Origin: Verrucomicrobiota bacterium
GTDB taxonomy: Bacteria; Verrucomicrobiota; Verrucomicrobiia; Limisphaerales; UBA1096
Assembly (NCBI GenBank): GCA_036166355.1
Contig: JAYZHR010000147.1
Span: 1 to 57,929 of the forward strand
Direction: 5' to 3'
Length of the DNA: 57,929 bases
The first letter of the stretch is position 1, and each line of letters starts with the position of its first letter. Below the pieces are notes generated by a model. It was given only the letters and a program-made list of their open reading frames with translations. It ran no database searches and was not told the DNA's origin. Made by a program: the position numbers and the translations under genes. Positions 44,258 to 53,406 of this stretch are shown here, in pieces.

Positions 44258-46996
44258 TTAATTTTTGCGAACTTGGATAATAAGAGGATTAGATACTATG
44301 CCTTTTTCAGCGCTGGCTTTGATGTGAAAATGAGTTCTGGATTCAGGTACCCAGCTATCTGCAGTAATAAAAAATTCCCGTTCTGTTTGACCTTCCACGA
44401 TCAACAGACCGCTTAATCCAATATTGTCAACATAGACTCCATGTGGAAGATTTCGGCCTGCATCGTGGCTACCTAGCTGGATGCGGCCGTTGAATCCATT
44501 CCGTTCAACCTTGACTCTAGCCGAGATGGTTTCGCCGGGGGCGATTTTGAATTCCAGTGGTTCAGTGAATGTACCGGTTTCGACGGCGTCGCTAATGTTG
44601 CTGGTGACCTGCACGAGCAGTTTCGGTTTGTCGAGTGGCTTGATGTTAGCCAATTTACCAACTTCACGAATGATTTTTTTGCCGCGCAACGTTGCTGTGG
44701 CAGTCACTGTCAGGAAGTCATTCTCAGGGGTGGCAGCATCAGCATTGGCGTGGATTGATCCGAATGCCTGCTGCTGTTCTGCCTCGATAATGATGGGCGT
44801 GCTGATGTGAAAACCGGTGTGTGGTTTACTGATGTCCAGCTGTATTGGCCCGTTGAAATTGTCCTTTCGCTCGACCCTGAAACTAAACTCCCGTCCGCTT
44901 CCTCTTGGAATGCCATCGGAGAAGCCGTTAATGCTAACTTTGAAATCCGGCTGGCGCTCACGGATGGTGAACATGTACTTGAAGTCGCTCCCCTGAAATC
45001 CGCGTATATCGCTTACTTTCGCCAGATATTCGCCGTCTGCCGGGGTTGTGAAGGTAAGTTTAGAGTCTCGACCCAGTCGTCGTTGGCTTTCATCATCGTT
45101 TTGATAGTAGATCGGAAAGGTGGGCAGGCCGTTTGCGATCACTGGTTCGCCACTTGCTAATGGTTCTACTATGTAGGCCGGTTGGCCAAGTGGATGTGCG
45201 AGCGGTGTGGTGTCAAAATATCCGTGCCGATTGCCGCTGCCCGGATAGACGATGTAGCCGCTGTCCGGTCCGCGAGGATAGAGCCATAGCTTCACAACCT
45301 CGCCGTTTATGTAGAGTAGTTGATTGAGCTTCATCTCGTCCCACTTGAAGAGGCGAAAATCATTGGAGGTGCTAGAGTCCTTGCCTCGGAAGGTGAGCCA
45401 GCTTTCGCGGATGGCCTTGAGGCGGACACGTTCGATCGGGATACCATTTGTATCAAGCACCTCGATTTTCGTGTCGATCGGTGACTTGCTTCGGGCGGCA
45501 TTAGTCTCTAGCACCCATTCTTCACCAGCCATGGCTTTAAAACGAAACAGGTCGGAGTCGATGCCTTTTTTGCCGTGAATTATACCCGTCACAATAGCTG
45601 GTAGAGTGATCGGGGTAGCCTCAGTCGGGAGGTTGTTCGGCTCCTTTTCCGTCAACTCAACCGGCTCCTTTTTTGTCAACTCAACCGACTTGGTTTTGGC
45701 GATAGTCTTGGCTAAGGAATAAGAGAGTTTGTCCAAGCGGAGATCAATTTTTTCAACAGAGCCATCCATTCGGCCGACGTGTAATGTTTGCCCGTTTGTA
45801 CTGAATGCCAGAGCGGAAACCACGTCTTCTTGGTTGCCGATTGTTTGTAACAGCTCGAGTCCGGGGAGTGACCAAACCTTGATCGTCCGGTCGGCGGAAG
45901 CTGTGGCTAAGAGTTCGCCACTCGGGTCTATTGCGAGGTCAGTGATCTCGTCCTCGTGCACAAATCGCACTTGGGCAAGAGGATTAATACCAGTTTGATT
46001 ACCGCTGATCCAGTGCCATAGTCGGACTTGTTTGTCTGCACCTCCGGCGAGGATAAAACGGCTGTCGGGCGTGAACATGGCTAGGAACTGTTCGCCGGTC
46101 GGTTGCCCGAAAGTGTCGAGGCGTTGCCCGTTTTCAGTGTTCCAAAGTTTGACTGATGAGTCACCGCCGGCACTAGTAAGGACGCTACCGTCAGGGCTGA
46201 ACGCGATGCCGTAAACCGCACCGTTATGTCCCTTGAGAGTGCGGAGTTGCTCGCCGGACTTAGAATTCCAAAGTTGGATAATTCGGTCATATCCAGCCGT
46301 GGCTAGTTGGTTGCCATCAGGGGAGAAGGCGATGCCGTACAGTGCGTCACGATGGCCGATCAGATCGTGGAGTTTCTTTCCTGTCTCGAGATTGAATAGT
46401 GTGGCAACTCCCTTGAGTCCAGGAGTGCCACCGGCAACGGCTAATGTTTTGTTGTCTGGTGAAATCGCGATGGCGTTCACTTTGCCGAAGATGCCGGTTA
46501 ACGTCTTGTCTCCGGACTGAACCATTCCGTAGCGGCCAATTGCCAGTTGTCCGTTTTTGCTAATGGCCATAGCGGTGACGGGGCTTAGTATATTGCTAGC
46601 TGGCTTTATTTCAGGGACGGCGAGATTTGCAAGAATCGAACGATCGTCTGTAGGCGCTTTGGCACCCTGATCAATCCAGCGAAGGATTGTGTCAATCTGC
46701 GCTGCGGAGAGTTGCGGTTCCCGCCGTGGAGGCATGTATGGTTTGGCTTGTTTGGTGATAACTTTTGCCAGAAGTGATTCGAGTTGGTCGCCGGCCTTGA
46801 TGGGTACTCCGTTTTCGCCACCCTTCATCAACAGTTTAAAAGTTTCGACGGAAAGTTCCCCTTCAAGATCGTCGTTGTTATGGCAGCCGACACAATACTC
46901 GCGAAGGATTGGTGCAATGTCCTGGTGAAAATCAACTGTCTCACCCAACACGGGGGTAGTAAGTGCGATGAGGAAAACTGTCTTAATGATTTTCAT
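44258..46996 (-). CDS. Cytochrome-c-domain (CxxCH) / WD40 beta-propeller / C-terminal Ig-like-domain protein
   Basis: The 912-aa ORF has a signal peptide and CVGCHNNDD. About seven WD40 repeats follow (GH...V.GIAFSPDG..LA.AG.D..I.LWN). A beta-rich C-terminal half completes the protein. Confidence 0.85.
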   Translation of the reverse strand: MKIIKTVFLIALTTPVLGETVDFHQDIAPILREYCVGCHNNDDLEGELSVETFKLLMKGGENGVPIKAGDQLESLLAKVITKQAKPYMPPRREPQLSAAQIDTILRWIDQGAKAPTDDRSILANLAVPEIKPASNILSPVTAMAISKNGQLAIGRYGMVQSGDKTLTGIFGKVNAIAISPDNKTLAVAGGTPGLKGVATLFNLETGKKLHDLIGHRDALYGIAFSPDGNQLATAGYDRIIQLWNSKSGEQLRTLKGHNGAVYGIAFSPDGSVLTSAGGDSSVKLWNTENGQRLDTFGQPTGEQFLAMFTPDSRFILAGGADKQVRLWHWISGNQTGINPLAQVRFVHEDEITDLAIDPSGELLATASADRTIKVWSLPGLELLQTIGNQEDVVSALAFSTNGQTLHVGRMDGSVEKIDLRLDKLSYSLAKTIAKTKSVELTKKEPVELTEKEPNNLPTEATPITLPAIVTGIIHGKKGIDSDLFRFKAMAGEEWVLETNAARSKSPIDTKIEVLDTNGIPIERVRLKAIRESWLTFRGKDSSTSNDFRLFKWDEMKLNQLLYINGEVVKLWLYPRGPDSGYIVYPGSGNRHGYFDTTPLAHPLGQPAYIVEPLASGEPVIANGLPTFPIYYQNDDESQRRLGRDSKLTFTTPADGEYLAKVSDIRGFQGSDFKYMFTIRERQPDFKVSINGFSDGIPRGSGREFSFRVERKDNFNGPIQLDISKPHTGFHISTPIIIEAEQQQAFGSIHANADAATPENDFLTVTATATLRGKKIIREVGKLANIKPLDKPKLLVQVTSNISDAVETGTFTEPLEFKIAPGETISARVKVERNGFNGRIQLGSHDAGRNLPHGVYVDNIGLSGLLIVEGQTEREFFITADSWVPESRTHFHIKASAEKGIVSNPLIIQVRKN
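45638..45685. repeat. 24-bp tandem duplication (2 copies, 2 mismatches) inside the WD40 protein linker
   Basis: The copies are cggctccttttccgtcaactcaac (45638..45661) and cggctccttttttgtcaactcaac (45662..45685). They encode VELTKKEP/VELTEKEP. Confidence 0.7.
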
Positions 46997-46999
46997 GGT

Positions 47000-49225
47000 T
47001 CAATGCTGGAACAGGAATTCGCGGCTGGTCATCAGCGCCCAGAATAAATCCTCGATGACGGCTCGGCGTTCGTCTTTGGATGTGGCATCGAACATTGCAT
47101 TAAGTCGTTTTCGTTCGATATCACTTGGTAGCCTAGAGAGGCAGAGCAGGTAGGTTTCCTCGATGATCTCCTCGTCACTTTGGGGAATCATGATGTTCAC
47201 GCAGCTTTGCTCGCTACGCAGGTTACTGTTGAGTGTATCGCCGTTTGAGAGGTGAAGCACTTGCACCATGCTGGGTTTGTTGGAGCGTTCACATTCACAA
47301 GTGATCTCGCGTTCGTTGCGGCCAAATGTTTTAAGGAAATAAGATGTAACGGCAGAGTCGAACAACTGTAGCGCACGGGTTCCGTCACGGTAAAATTTTG
47401 TCCCCTGCGTACTACCATCGGAAAGTGTGATCCGGTCATACTTTGGGGAGACACGAGTGACCGATGTGATGGCATCCTGCAGTACTTCTGCCATCAATCG
47501 GCGAGGGTAGTATCGAGAGTAATATTTTTGATCCTCCATGTTTTCCGCGAGCGGTTCGCTGGTGCGCTGATAGGTCTCGCTTTGCAAAATAAGCCGTATA
47601 AGTGCCTTGAGGTCGTAGCGGTTATCGACGAGATGCGCTGATATCTCTTCAAGTAACGGCTCGTTTGAGGCGGGGTTAGAGACGCGCAGATCGTCGACTG
47701 GTTCAACGATGCCTCGTCCGAAAAAGTTGGCCCAGACACGGTTTGCAATGGAGCGGGTAAAGTACGGGTTATCGGGCGCAGTCAGCCATGCGGCTAATGC
47801 CTCGCGCCTGTCTTCCGGCGAGTTGCTTTCGATTGCTTGACCGTCTAGCGGCGCGGGAGGTTGGGGTTTGCCGGTGCGAGGCTGAATCAGGTCGCCGCGG
47901 GAGGCGATGAAAAGCGTCCTTGCTCCGTTTCCGTTGCGGGCATCACCACCCCAGCCTTTGGCTCGCACACGCGCAAAGAGGTTGGCGAATGAGTAGTACT
48001 GGTCGTTTGTCCATTTTTCCAACGGATGATTGTGGCATTTAGCGCAGTTAATCGAGAGGCTCATGAATGCTTGGCTTACGTTCTCCGCCATTGTCTCAGG
48101 GTCCTGATGAACGGAGTAAAAGTTTGTGGCGCCATTTTTCATCGTGTCACCCTTGGCCGATACGACTTGCCGCACAAGTTGATCCCACGGGGTGCCTTTT
48201 TCCATCTCGCCACGTAGCCATTGGTAGTACGACTTGAGTGCGTCTGGGCGGAGTTTGCGTCCGCTGATTAAAAACAGGTCGGAAAGACGATATGTCCAGT
48301 AGTCGATAAACTCCGGTTGAGCGAGTAGCGACTCGATTAATTCATCGCGCTTGTTTTCCGATGTGTCGGCCAAAAACGCCCTAGTGACCTCGGGTGTTGG
48401 GAGCGTACCGACGACGTCGAGGTGGACTCGCCGGATGAACTCGCTGTCGGAACTCCTCGGTGATGGCTTAAGATTAAGTCGACGCAACAAGACAAGCACG
48501 GCGTCGTCGATCACGTTGCGGCGCGGCGCTTGGCTGTAGGCTTCGTTCGGTATCACGTTTGGCCAAGGGGAGCTAATCCGTGCGAGCGCAATCTGTCCCG
48601 AATACCAAGCTGTCACAGCGCCATCGCCGTGGCCGATTACCTTGGTCAAGCCGGTAGCTTCGTCTACCTCGGCCACGGTTGCATCGGTCGAGGCGAACCG
48701 AGCCCACTGGGTGACGTCGCGATCAGTGCCGTCACTGAAAAATGCCTTTGCAGTTAGCTGCTGTGTTTGGCCTTTTTTTAACTGGGAAATGGTAGGGGAT
48801 ATTTCGAAGCGCTCGATTGTGGGGTCGTTGGCACTTGGCCCGGGTGCACCTTGCTGAATCCAGCGTGTTAGAATGCTGTACGCCTCGGAGTTTTCGTGCA
48901 GCACTTTTCCACCCTTGTGCCGGACGGCAGCGGTTGGCTTGGTGACGAACAGGCTGCTCGCTGGTGTGGTGAACTCGATTCGCCGCCCCCGGTTTTCCCG
49001 TGTAATATTGTAATGGTCGGTTGCTGGATCATAGGCGTTGAGGCTGAGTCGGAACCCGCCTTTGCCAGCCAAAGCACCGTGACAGCCACCGCCGTTACAG
49101 CCGGTCTTGGATAATACTGGCAGCACGTCGTGCCGAAAACTCAGCTTATGATTTTCCTTGGCAACCGCAGGGAGGCTTAAGGTGAGAAATAACAGTGCTT
49201 GGCCAAGCGAAATTCGTGATTTCAT
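47000..49225 (-). CDS. DUF1549 (PSCyt2) / DUF1553 (PSD1) protein
   Basis: The 741-aa ORF has a signal peptide and GCNGGGCHG. It has the hallmark NCAKCHNHPLEKWTNDQYY. Its stop lies 3 nt from the start of the downstream gene. Confidence 0.9.
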   Translation of the reverse strand: MKSRISLGQALLFLTLSLPAVAKENHKLSFRHDVLPVLSKTGCNGGGCHGALAGKGGFRLSLNAYDPATDHYNITRENRGRRIEFTTPASSLFVTKPTAAVRHKGGKVLHENSEAYSILTRWIQQGAPGPSANDPTIERFEISPTISQLKKGQTQQLTAKAFFSDGTDRDVTQWARFASTDATVAEVDEATGLTKVIGHGDGAVTAWYSGQIALARISSPWPNVIPNEAYSQAPRRNVIDDAVLVLLRRLNLKPSPRSSDSEFIRRVHLDVVGTLPTPEVTRAFLADTSENKRDELIESLLAQPEFIDYWTYRLSDLFLISGRKLRPDALKSYYQWLRGEMEKGTPWDQLVRQVVSAKGDTMKNGATNFYSVHQDPETMAENVSQAFMSLSINCAKCHNHPLEKWTNDQYYSFANLFARVRAKGWGGDARNGNGARTLFIASRGDLIQPRTGKPQPPAPLDGQAIESNSPEDRREALAAWLTAPDNPYFTRSIANRVWANFFGRGIVEPVDDLRVSNPASNEPLLEEISAHLVDNRYDLKALIRLILQSETYQRTSEPLAENMEDQKYYSRYYPRRLMAEVLQDAITSVTRVSPKYDRITLSDGSTQGTKFYRDGTRALQLFDSAVTSYFLKTFGRNEREITCECERSNKPSMVQVLHLSNGDTLNSNLRSEQSCVNIMIPQSDEEIIEETYLLCLSRLPSDIERKRLNAMFDATSKDERRAVIEDLFWALMTSREFLFQH

Positions 49226-50607
49226 ATGAACAGTTCCTTGATGGGTTCGTTTCCAAAATCGACCAGTGGAAACGGCCGTCCGCTAGGCCCGGGCAGGGTG
49301 GCTTTTGGGTTGAGGCCAAGGCTGTGAAAGATCGTGGCTACGATATCACCTGGTTCCACCGGTCGCTCGGCGGGAAAGCCTCCTATTGGATCGCTCTTGC
49401 CCACTACGCGCCCACCTCGAACCCCTCCGCCTGCGAAGGAGCAGGTGAAGCATTGTGGCCAATGGTCACGTCCACCTGCAGGGTTTACTTTGGGTGTGCG
49501 ACCAAATTCAGAGAGTGTGGTCACCATTGTGTTATCGAGCAGTCCTCGCTCGTGTAGATCCTCGATCAATGCGCTATAGCCTTGATCGTACATTGGGGCT
49601 ACCTGTTCCTTCATCTGCTTGACCGAGATGAATGGTTTGGAGCCGTGAATGTCCCACGAGAGTTGATCGAATACGGTGAGGAAACTGTTGATAGTGACCA
49701 TTCGAACGCCGTTCTCAACTAGGCGTCGGGCGAGCAGACAGCATTGGCCAAAGCGGTTCATGCCGTAGCGTTCGCGCACGGCTGGTTTTTCCTTAGTGAT
49801 GTCAAACGCTGCGCGAGCCTGTTCACTGGTCATCATGCGGAAGGCAGAGTGAAAGCTGTCGTTGAGTAGGCGGGCATCTTCACTGGCTTCGAAATTCTTT
49901 ACCGCGCCGTCGACGATGTCTCGCATCTTACGTCGTCGATCCAATCGGGCAGCTCCAATCTGATCTGGCGGCAATAGGTCGGGTACCTTGAAGTTTTTTT
50001 GTGCCGGGTTAGCGTTGAGCGCGAATGGATCATGTGCCTTACCGAGGAAACCGCCGGCTTGACCATTAGGCATGTTGCCACCACCACGCCCCATCAACTC
50101 TGGTAGCACGACAAACGGTGGCAGGTCGCTCTTGCGACCCAGTAGATGACTAGCAACCGCTCCGGCATGAGGTGTTTGGATACCTCCAGTAAAGCGTCGG
50201 CCTGTTTGCATGATCTGCCAGCCAGCATCGTGCACTGCAGCGCCACCGTGGTGAACTGTTCGCACGAGTGAAAATTTATCTGCTATCTTCGCGTGTCGAG
50301 GGAGGATTTCCGAGATGTCGATGTCGGGCGAATTGGTGCGAATTGGTTTGAATGGGCCACGTATTTCCCGTGGTGCGTCCGGTTTCATATCCCACAAATC
50401 TACATGACTTGGGGCGCCGAGATTAAAGATCATGATACAGGCGCGGTTGTCGTGACCGGGACGGACAGCGCCGGCCTCCTTAGCAGCCAGTAGTTGTGGT
50501 AGAGATAATCCAGCAGCGCCAAGTGCACCGACCTGCAGAAACTCCCGCCTTTTCAGGTGACTGCCCCCGCAGATGGAGGCCTGTTCTTCAGCTAAAAAAT
50601 CAAACAT
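49222..50607 (-). CDS. DUF1501-family protein (sulfatase-fold, Tat signal)
   Basis: The 461-aa ORF has the twin-arginine signal RREFLQVGALGAAG and the motif GGRDHWP. It overlaps the DUF1549/1553 gene by 4 nt. Confidence 0.9.
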   Translation of the reverse strand: MFDFLAEEQASICGGSHLKRREFLQVGALGAAGLSLPQLLAAKEAGAVRPGHDNRACIMIFNLGAPSHVDLWDMKPDAPREIRGPFKPIRTNSPDIDISEILPRHAKIADKFSLVRTVHHGGAAVHDAGWQIMQTGRRFTGGIQTPHAGAVASHLLGRKSDLPPFVVLPELMGRGGGNMPNGQAGGFLGKAHDPFALNANPAQKNFKVPDLLPPDQIGAARLDRRRKMRDIVDGAVKNFEASEDARLLNDSFHSAFRMMTSEQARAAFDITKEKPAVRERYGMNRFGQCCLLARRLVENGVRMVTINSFLTVFDQLSWDIHGSKPFISVKQMKEQVAPMYDQGYSALIEDLHERGLLDNTMVTTLSEFGRTPKVNPAGGRDHWPQCFTCSFAGGGVRGGRVVGKSDPIGGFPAERPVEPGDIVATIFHSLGLNPKATLPGPSGRPFPLVDFGNEPIKELFI

Positions 50608-50748
50608 AACGCAAAAAATTGAGCGGTGATCAAGCCGCGAACGGAATCACGGCATACTAGCGTTCCGTTGCAAAGATGCACGACCAAAACGGTGCCGGAT
50701 TGACAAAGCTACGCGAGGCTGCGATTTCATCCGTACCAAATAATTAAA

Positions 50749-52335
50749 ATGATTAGATTAAAAGCAACGTTGTTGGCGCTATCTGGCGCATTGGCTTGGA
50801 TTGCTGGTGTGGATGCGGTTGATTCAAAGTCCAAAGTTCGGCCAAATATTCTGTTTATTCTTGCTGATGACCTCGGATGGAAGGACTTGAGTAACGAGGG
50901 GTCGAAATACTACGAAAGTCCGTACATCGATCGTATAGCGCGTGAAGGGATGAAATTCACCCGTGGTTACGCCGCGTGTCAGGTCTGCAGTCCGTCCCGG
51001 GCGAGTATTATGACCGGTAAATATCCAACAAATCATGGTATCACCACTTGGATAGGTGATCGTGTAGGAGAAGCATGGCGAAATACTCGCCGGCATGACA
51101 CACATCTGCCACCTGAGTACGATCGTGCTCTGCGAGCTTCCGAGATTACGATTGCCGAGGCACTCCGAGATCAGGGATACAAGACCTTTTATGCTGGTAA
51201 ATGGCACATCGGTGGCAAGGGTTCTTGGCCGGAAGATCACGGGTTCGACATCAATAAGGGAGGTTGGGATGTTGGGAGTCCTCATGGCGGCTTTTTCTCA
51301 CCATGGAAAAATCCCAATCTTGAGTCTGGTCCGCCGGGCGAGTCGCTGCCAATTAGATTGGGTAACGAGACCGCCAAGTTTATCGAGGAACACAAAGACA
51401 AGCCGTTCTTTGCCTTCCTTTCGTTTTACTCTGTACACGGGCCGATCCAGACCACGCCCGAATTGTGGGAAAAATACCGTGAGAAGGCTGAGGCCACTGG
51501 CTTGGTCACGGAGCGTTTCAAGTTCGATCGCCGGCTTAATGTTCGTCAGGTGCAGGATTGCCCTATTTACGCTGGGATGATCGAGACGATGGATGATGCT
51601 GTCGGGATCGTGCTGAATAAACTAGACGAGCTTGGCTTGGATAAAAATACTATCGTCTGCTTCACCTCTGACAACGGCGGTGTGTCTTCTGGGGATGCCT
51701 ACTCGACTAGCAATACGCCGTTGCGTGGTGGTAAAGGTCGGCAGTGGGAGGGTGGCATTCGTGAACCTTATTACGTCAAGGCGCCGGGTGTGACCAGACC
51801 AGGTGGCATCAGCTCCGTGCCGGTCAATGGCATCGATTGGTACCCGACGCTGCTGGAGTTGGCCGGTGTCAGTATCCCGGTCAGGCAAGCGGTCGATGGC
51901 GTCAGCATTGTGCCGTTGCTAAAGGGAGGCAAGATCGCCAAACGCCCGCTGTATTGGCATTACCCGCATTATGGTAATCAGGGTGGTGAACCGTCCTCAA
52001 TTATTAGCCAGGACGATTGGAAGCTCATCTACTACCATGAGGACGGCCGTGATGAGCTTTACCACTTGGTTAAGGATCCGAACGAAACGACTAACTTGGT
52101 CAATCGCGAAACCAAGCGTGTAAAGCGATTACGAAAAAAACTAGATGTTTGGCTGAAGAAAACTAAGGCGCGGTTCCCGGTCAAGGATATGCAGGCTGAT
52201 TTGGTTAAGCGCGAGGTGCGGCTGAAGTCCATTGCCTCCGACGGCAAGGCGCGACTTGAGAGGCAGCACGCTAACTTCCTTAAAAAGAATTTCAAACCCA
52301 ATAAAGACTGGTGGGGCAGCGCTCCGATTGATTGA
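50749..52335 (+). CDS. Exported sulfatase (arylsulfatase A-like)
   Basis: The 528-aa ORF has a signal peptide and PNILFILADDLG. The FGly motif is C-S-P-S-R in VCSPSRASIMTG, and GKWHIGG is present. Confidence 0.9.
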   Translation: MIRLKATLLALSGALAWIAGVDAVDSKSKVRPNILFILADDLGWKDLSNEGSKYYESPYIDRIAREGMKFTRGYAACQVCSPSRASIMTGKYPTNHGITTWIGDRVGEAWRNTRRHDTHLPPEYDRALRASEITIAEALRDQGYKTFYAGKWHIGGKGSWPEDHGFDINKGGWDVGSPHGGFFSPWKNPNLESGPPGESLPIRLGNETAKFIEEHKDKPFFAFLSFYSVHGPIQTTPELWEKYREKAEATGLVTERFKFDRRLNVRQVQDCPIYAGMIETMDDAVGIVLNKLDELGLDKNTIVCFTSDNGGVSSGDAYSTSNTPLRGGKGRQWEGGIREPYYVKAPGVTRPGGISSVPVNGIDWYPTLLELAGVSIPVRQAVDGVSIVPLLKGGKIAKRPLYWHYPHYGNQGGEPSSIISQDDWKLIYYHEDGRDELYHLVKDPNETTNLVNRETKRVKRLRKKLDVWLKKTKARFPVKDMQADLVKREVRLKSIASDGKARLERQHANFLKKNFKPNKDWWGSAPID

Positions 52336-52513
52336 CTGTTTCGAATCTTAACTCGCCTTGAGGTCGGTGAAGCGCAGGAACAGTCGTGACAAGAGACTCA
52401 TGCGAATCGGCAAAGCCAAGTGGAAGTCAGGCTCGACGAGGCGCACGTTTTTTTTCATCATTCTTGAACTGAAACCAAGTACTTAGCCAAGTGCGCCAAT
52501 ATAAGATTACATT

Positions 52514-53404
52514 ATGAAACAACCACGACGACAATTCCTGAAATCCTCGGTAGTCATGACTGCTGGGGCGGTTCTGTTACCCGACGCTTTCGCAGCAAAA
52601 AAAGCCACGCGATCTCGCTACCAGATTGGGCTTTCGCAGTACTCGCTGCGAGCCATGTTTAAAGACGATTCGCTTGATCCATTGGATTATCCGGCGTTTA
52701 GTGTTGACCAGTTTGGTATTAATCAACTCGACCTATGGGAAGGCGGTCTGCCGAAGGATAAACTCGATGACATGGCGTATTTGAAACAGCTCAAACGCCG
52801 TGCTAAGAAGGCCAAGACTGAGTTGTTTTTGTTGATGTCGGGTGTGCTCGATGCGGCCCCACAAAAGCGCGATGTGACCTTAAAACAGATTCTATCATCG
52901 CTCTCCCGTGCACAGACATTAGGCTGTGAATTTGTGCGTGTCTTTCTTCGAGTACCCGGTAATTCGGAGGCGGCCGGGGTGGCTGCAAGCGTTGAGGCAC
53001 TGAAGCCGTTGTCCGATGCTGCAGCAGAAAAGAACGTCGTCATCGCCATCGAGCCGGGCGCATCTCAGTTAAGTCAGCGTGGGGCATTTCTCGCCAAGGT
53101 CGCGAAAAAACTGAATCACCCTGCCTGTAAGTTGATGCCAGACTTTGGTAAGTTGCGGAATAATGTTTACGACGGAACCGAGGCGATGATGCCGCACACG
53201 GCGACGATCTCCTGTAAGATGCACAGTTTCGACGAAAATGGAAATCAGCCGGACTTCGACTACATGCGCCTTATTAAGATTATCGATAAGGCTGGTTATC
53301 GCGGTATCCTTGCGATCGAGTGGGAAGGTAATAAATTTAAGCCGATCTCCGGTGTTATGGCGTCGAAAAAACTGATCGAGAAATCTCTGGAATCACTCGC
53401 CTGA
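52514..53404 (+). CDS. Tat-exported sugar phosphate isomerase/epimerase (xylose-isomerase-like TIM barrel)
   Basis: The 296-aa ORF has the signal RRQFLKSSVVMTAGAVLL. TIM-barrel family segments include VRVFLRVPG, IAIEPG and ILAIEWEG. Its stop lies 2 nt before the next sulfatase. Confidence 0.75.
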   Translation: MKQPRRQFLKSSVVMTAGAVLLPDAFAAKKATRSRYQIGLSQYSLRAMFKDDSLDPLDYPAFSVDQFGINQLDLWEGGLPKDKLDDMAYLKQLKRRAKKAKTELFLLMSGVLDAAPQKRDVTLKQILSSLSRAQTLGCEFVRVFLRVPGNSEAAGVAASVEALKPLSDAAAEKNVVIAIEPGASQLSQRGAFLAKVAKKLNHPACKLMPDFGKLRNNVYDGTEAMMPHTATISCKMHSFDENGNQPDFDYMRLIKIIDKAGYRGILAIEWEGNKFKPISGVMASKKLIEKSLESLA

Positions 53405-53406
53405 GT

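Noticed and set aside
50824-51580. 153-aa (minus) and 161-aa (+, other frame) ORFs
   Set aside because: They lie inside the sulfatase gene 50749..52335. The high GC of this block suppresses stop codons, so long spurious frames are expected. The same reasoning applies to the many 60-120-aa ORFs between 44.4 and 54.3 kb.
52436-52460. T8 run after GGCGCACG in the sulfatase/TIM-barrel intergenic region, considered as a terminator
   Set aside because: I could not find a convincing GC-rich stem immediately upstream. The only complementary 7-mer (GTGCGCC, downstream of the T-run) would give a loop of about 44 nt.
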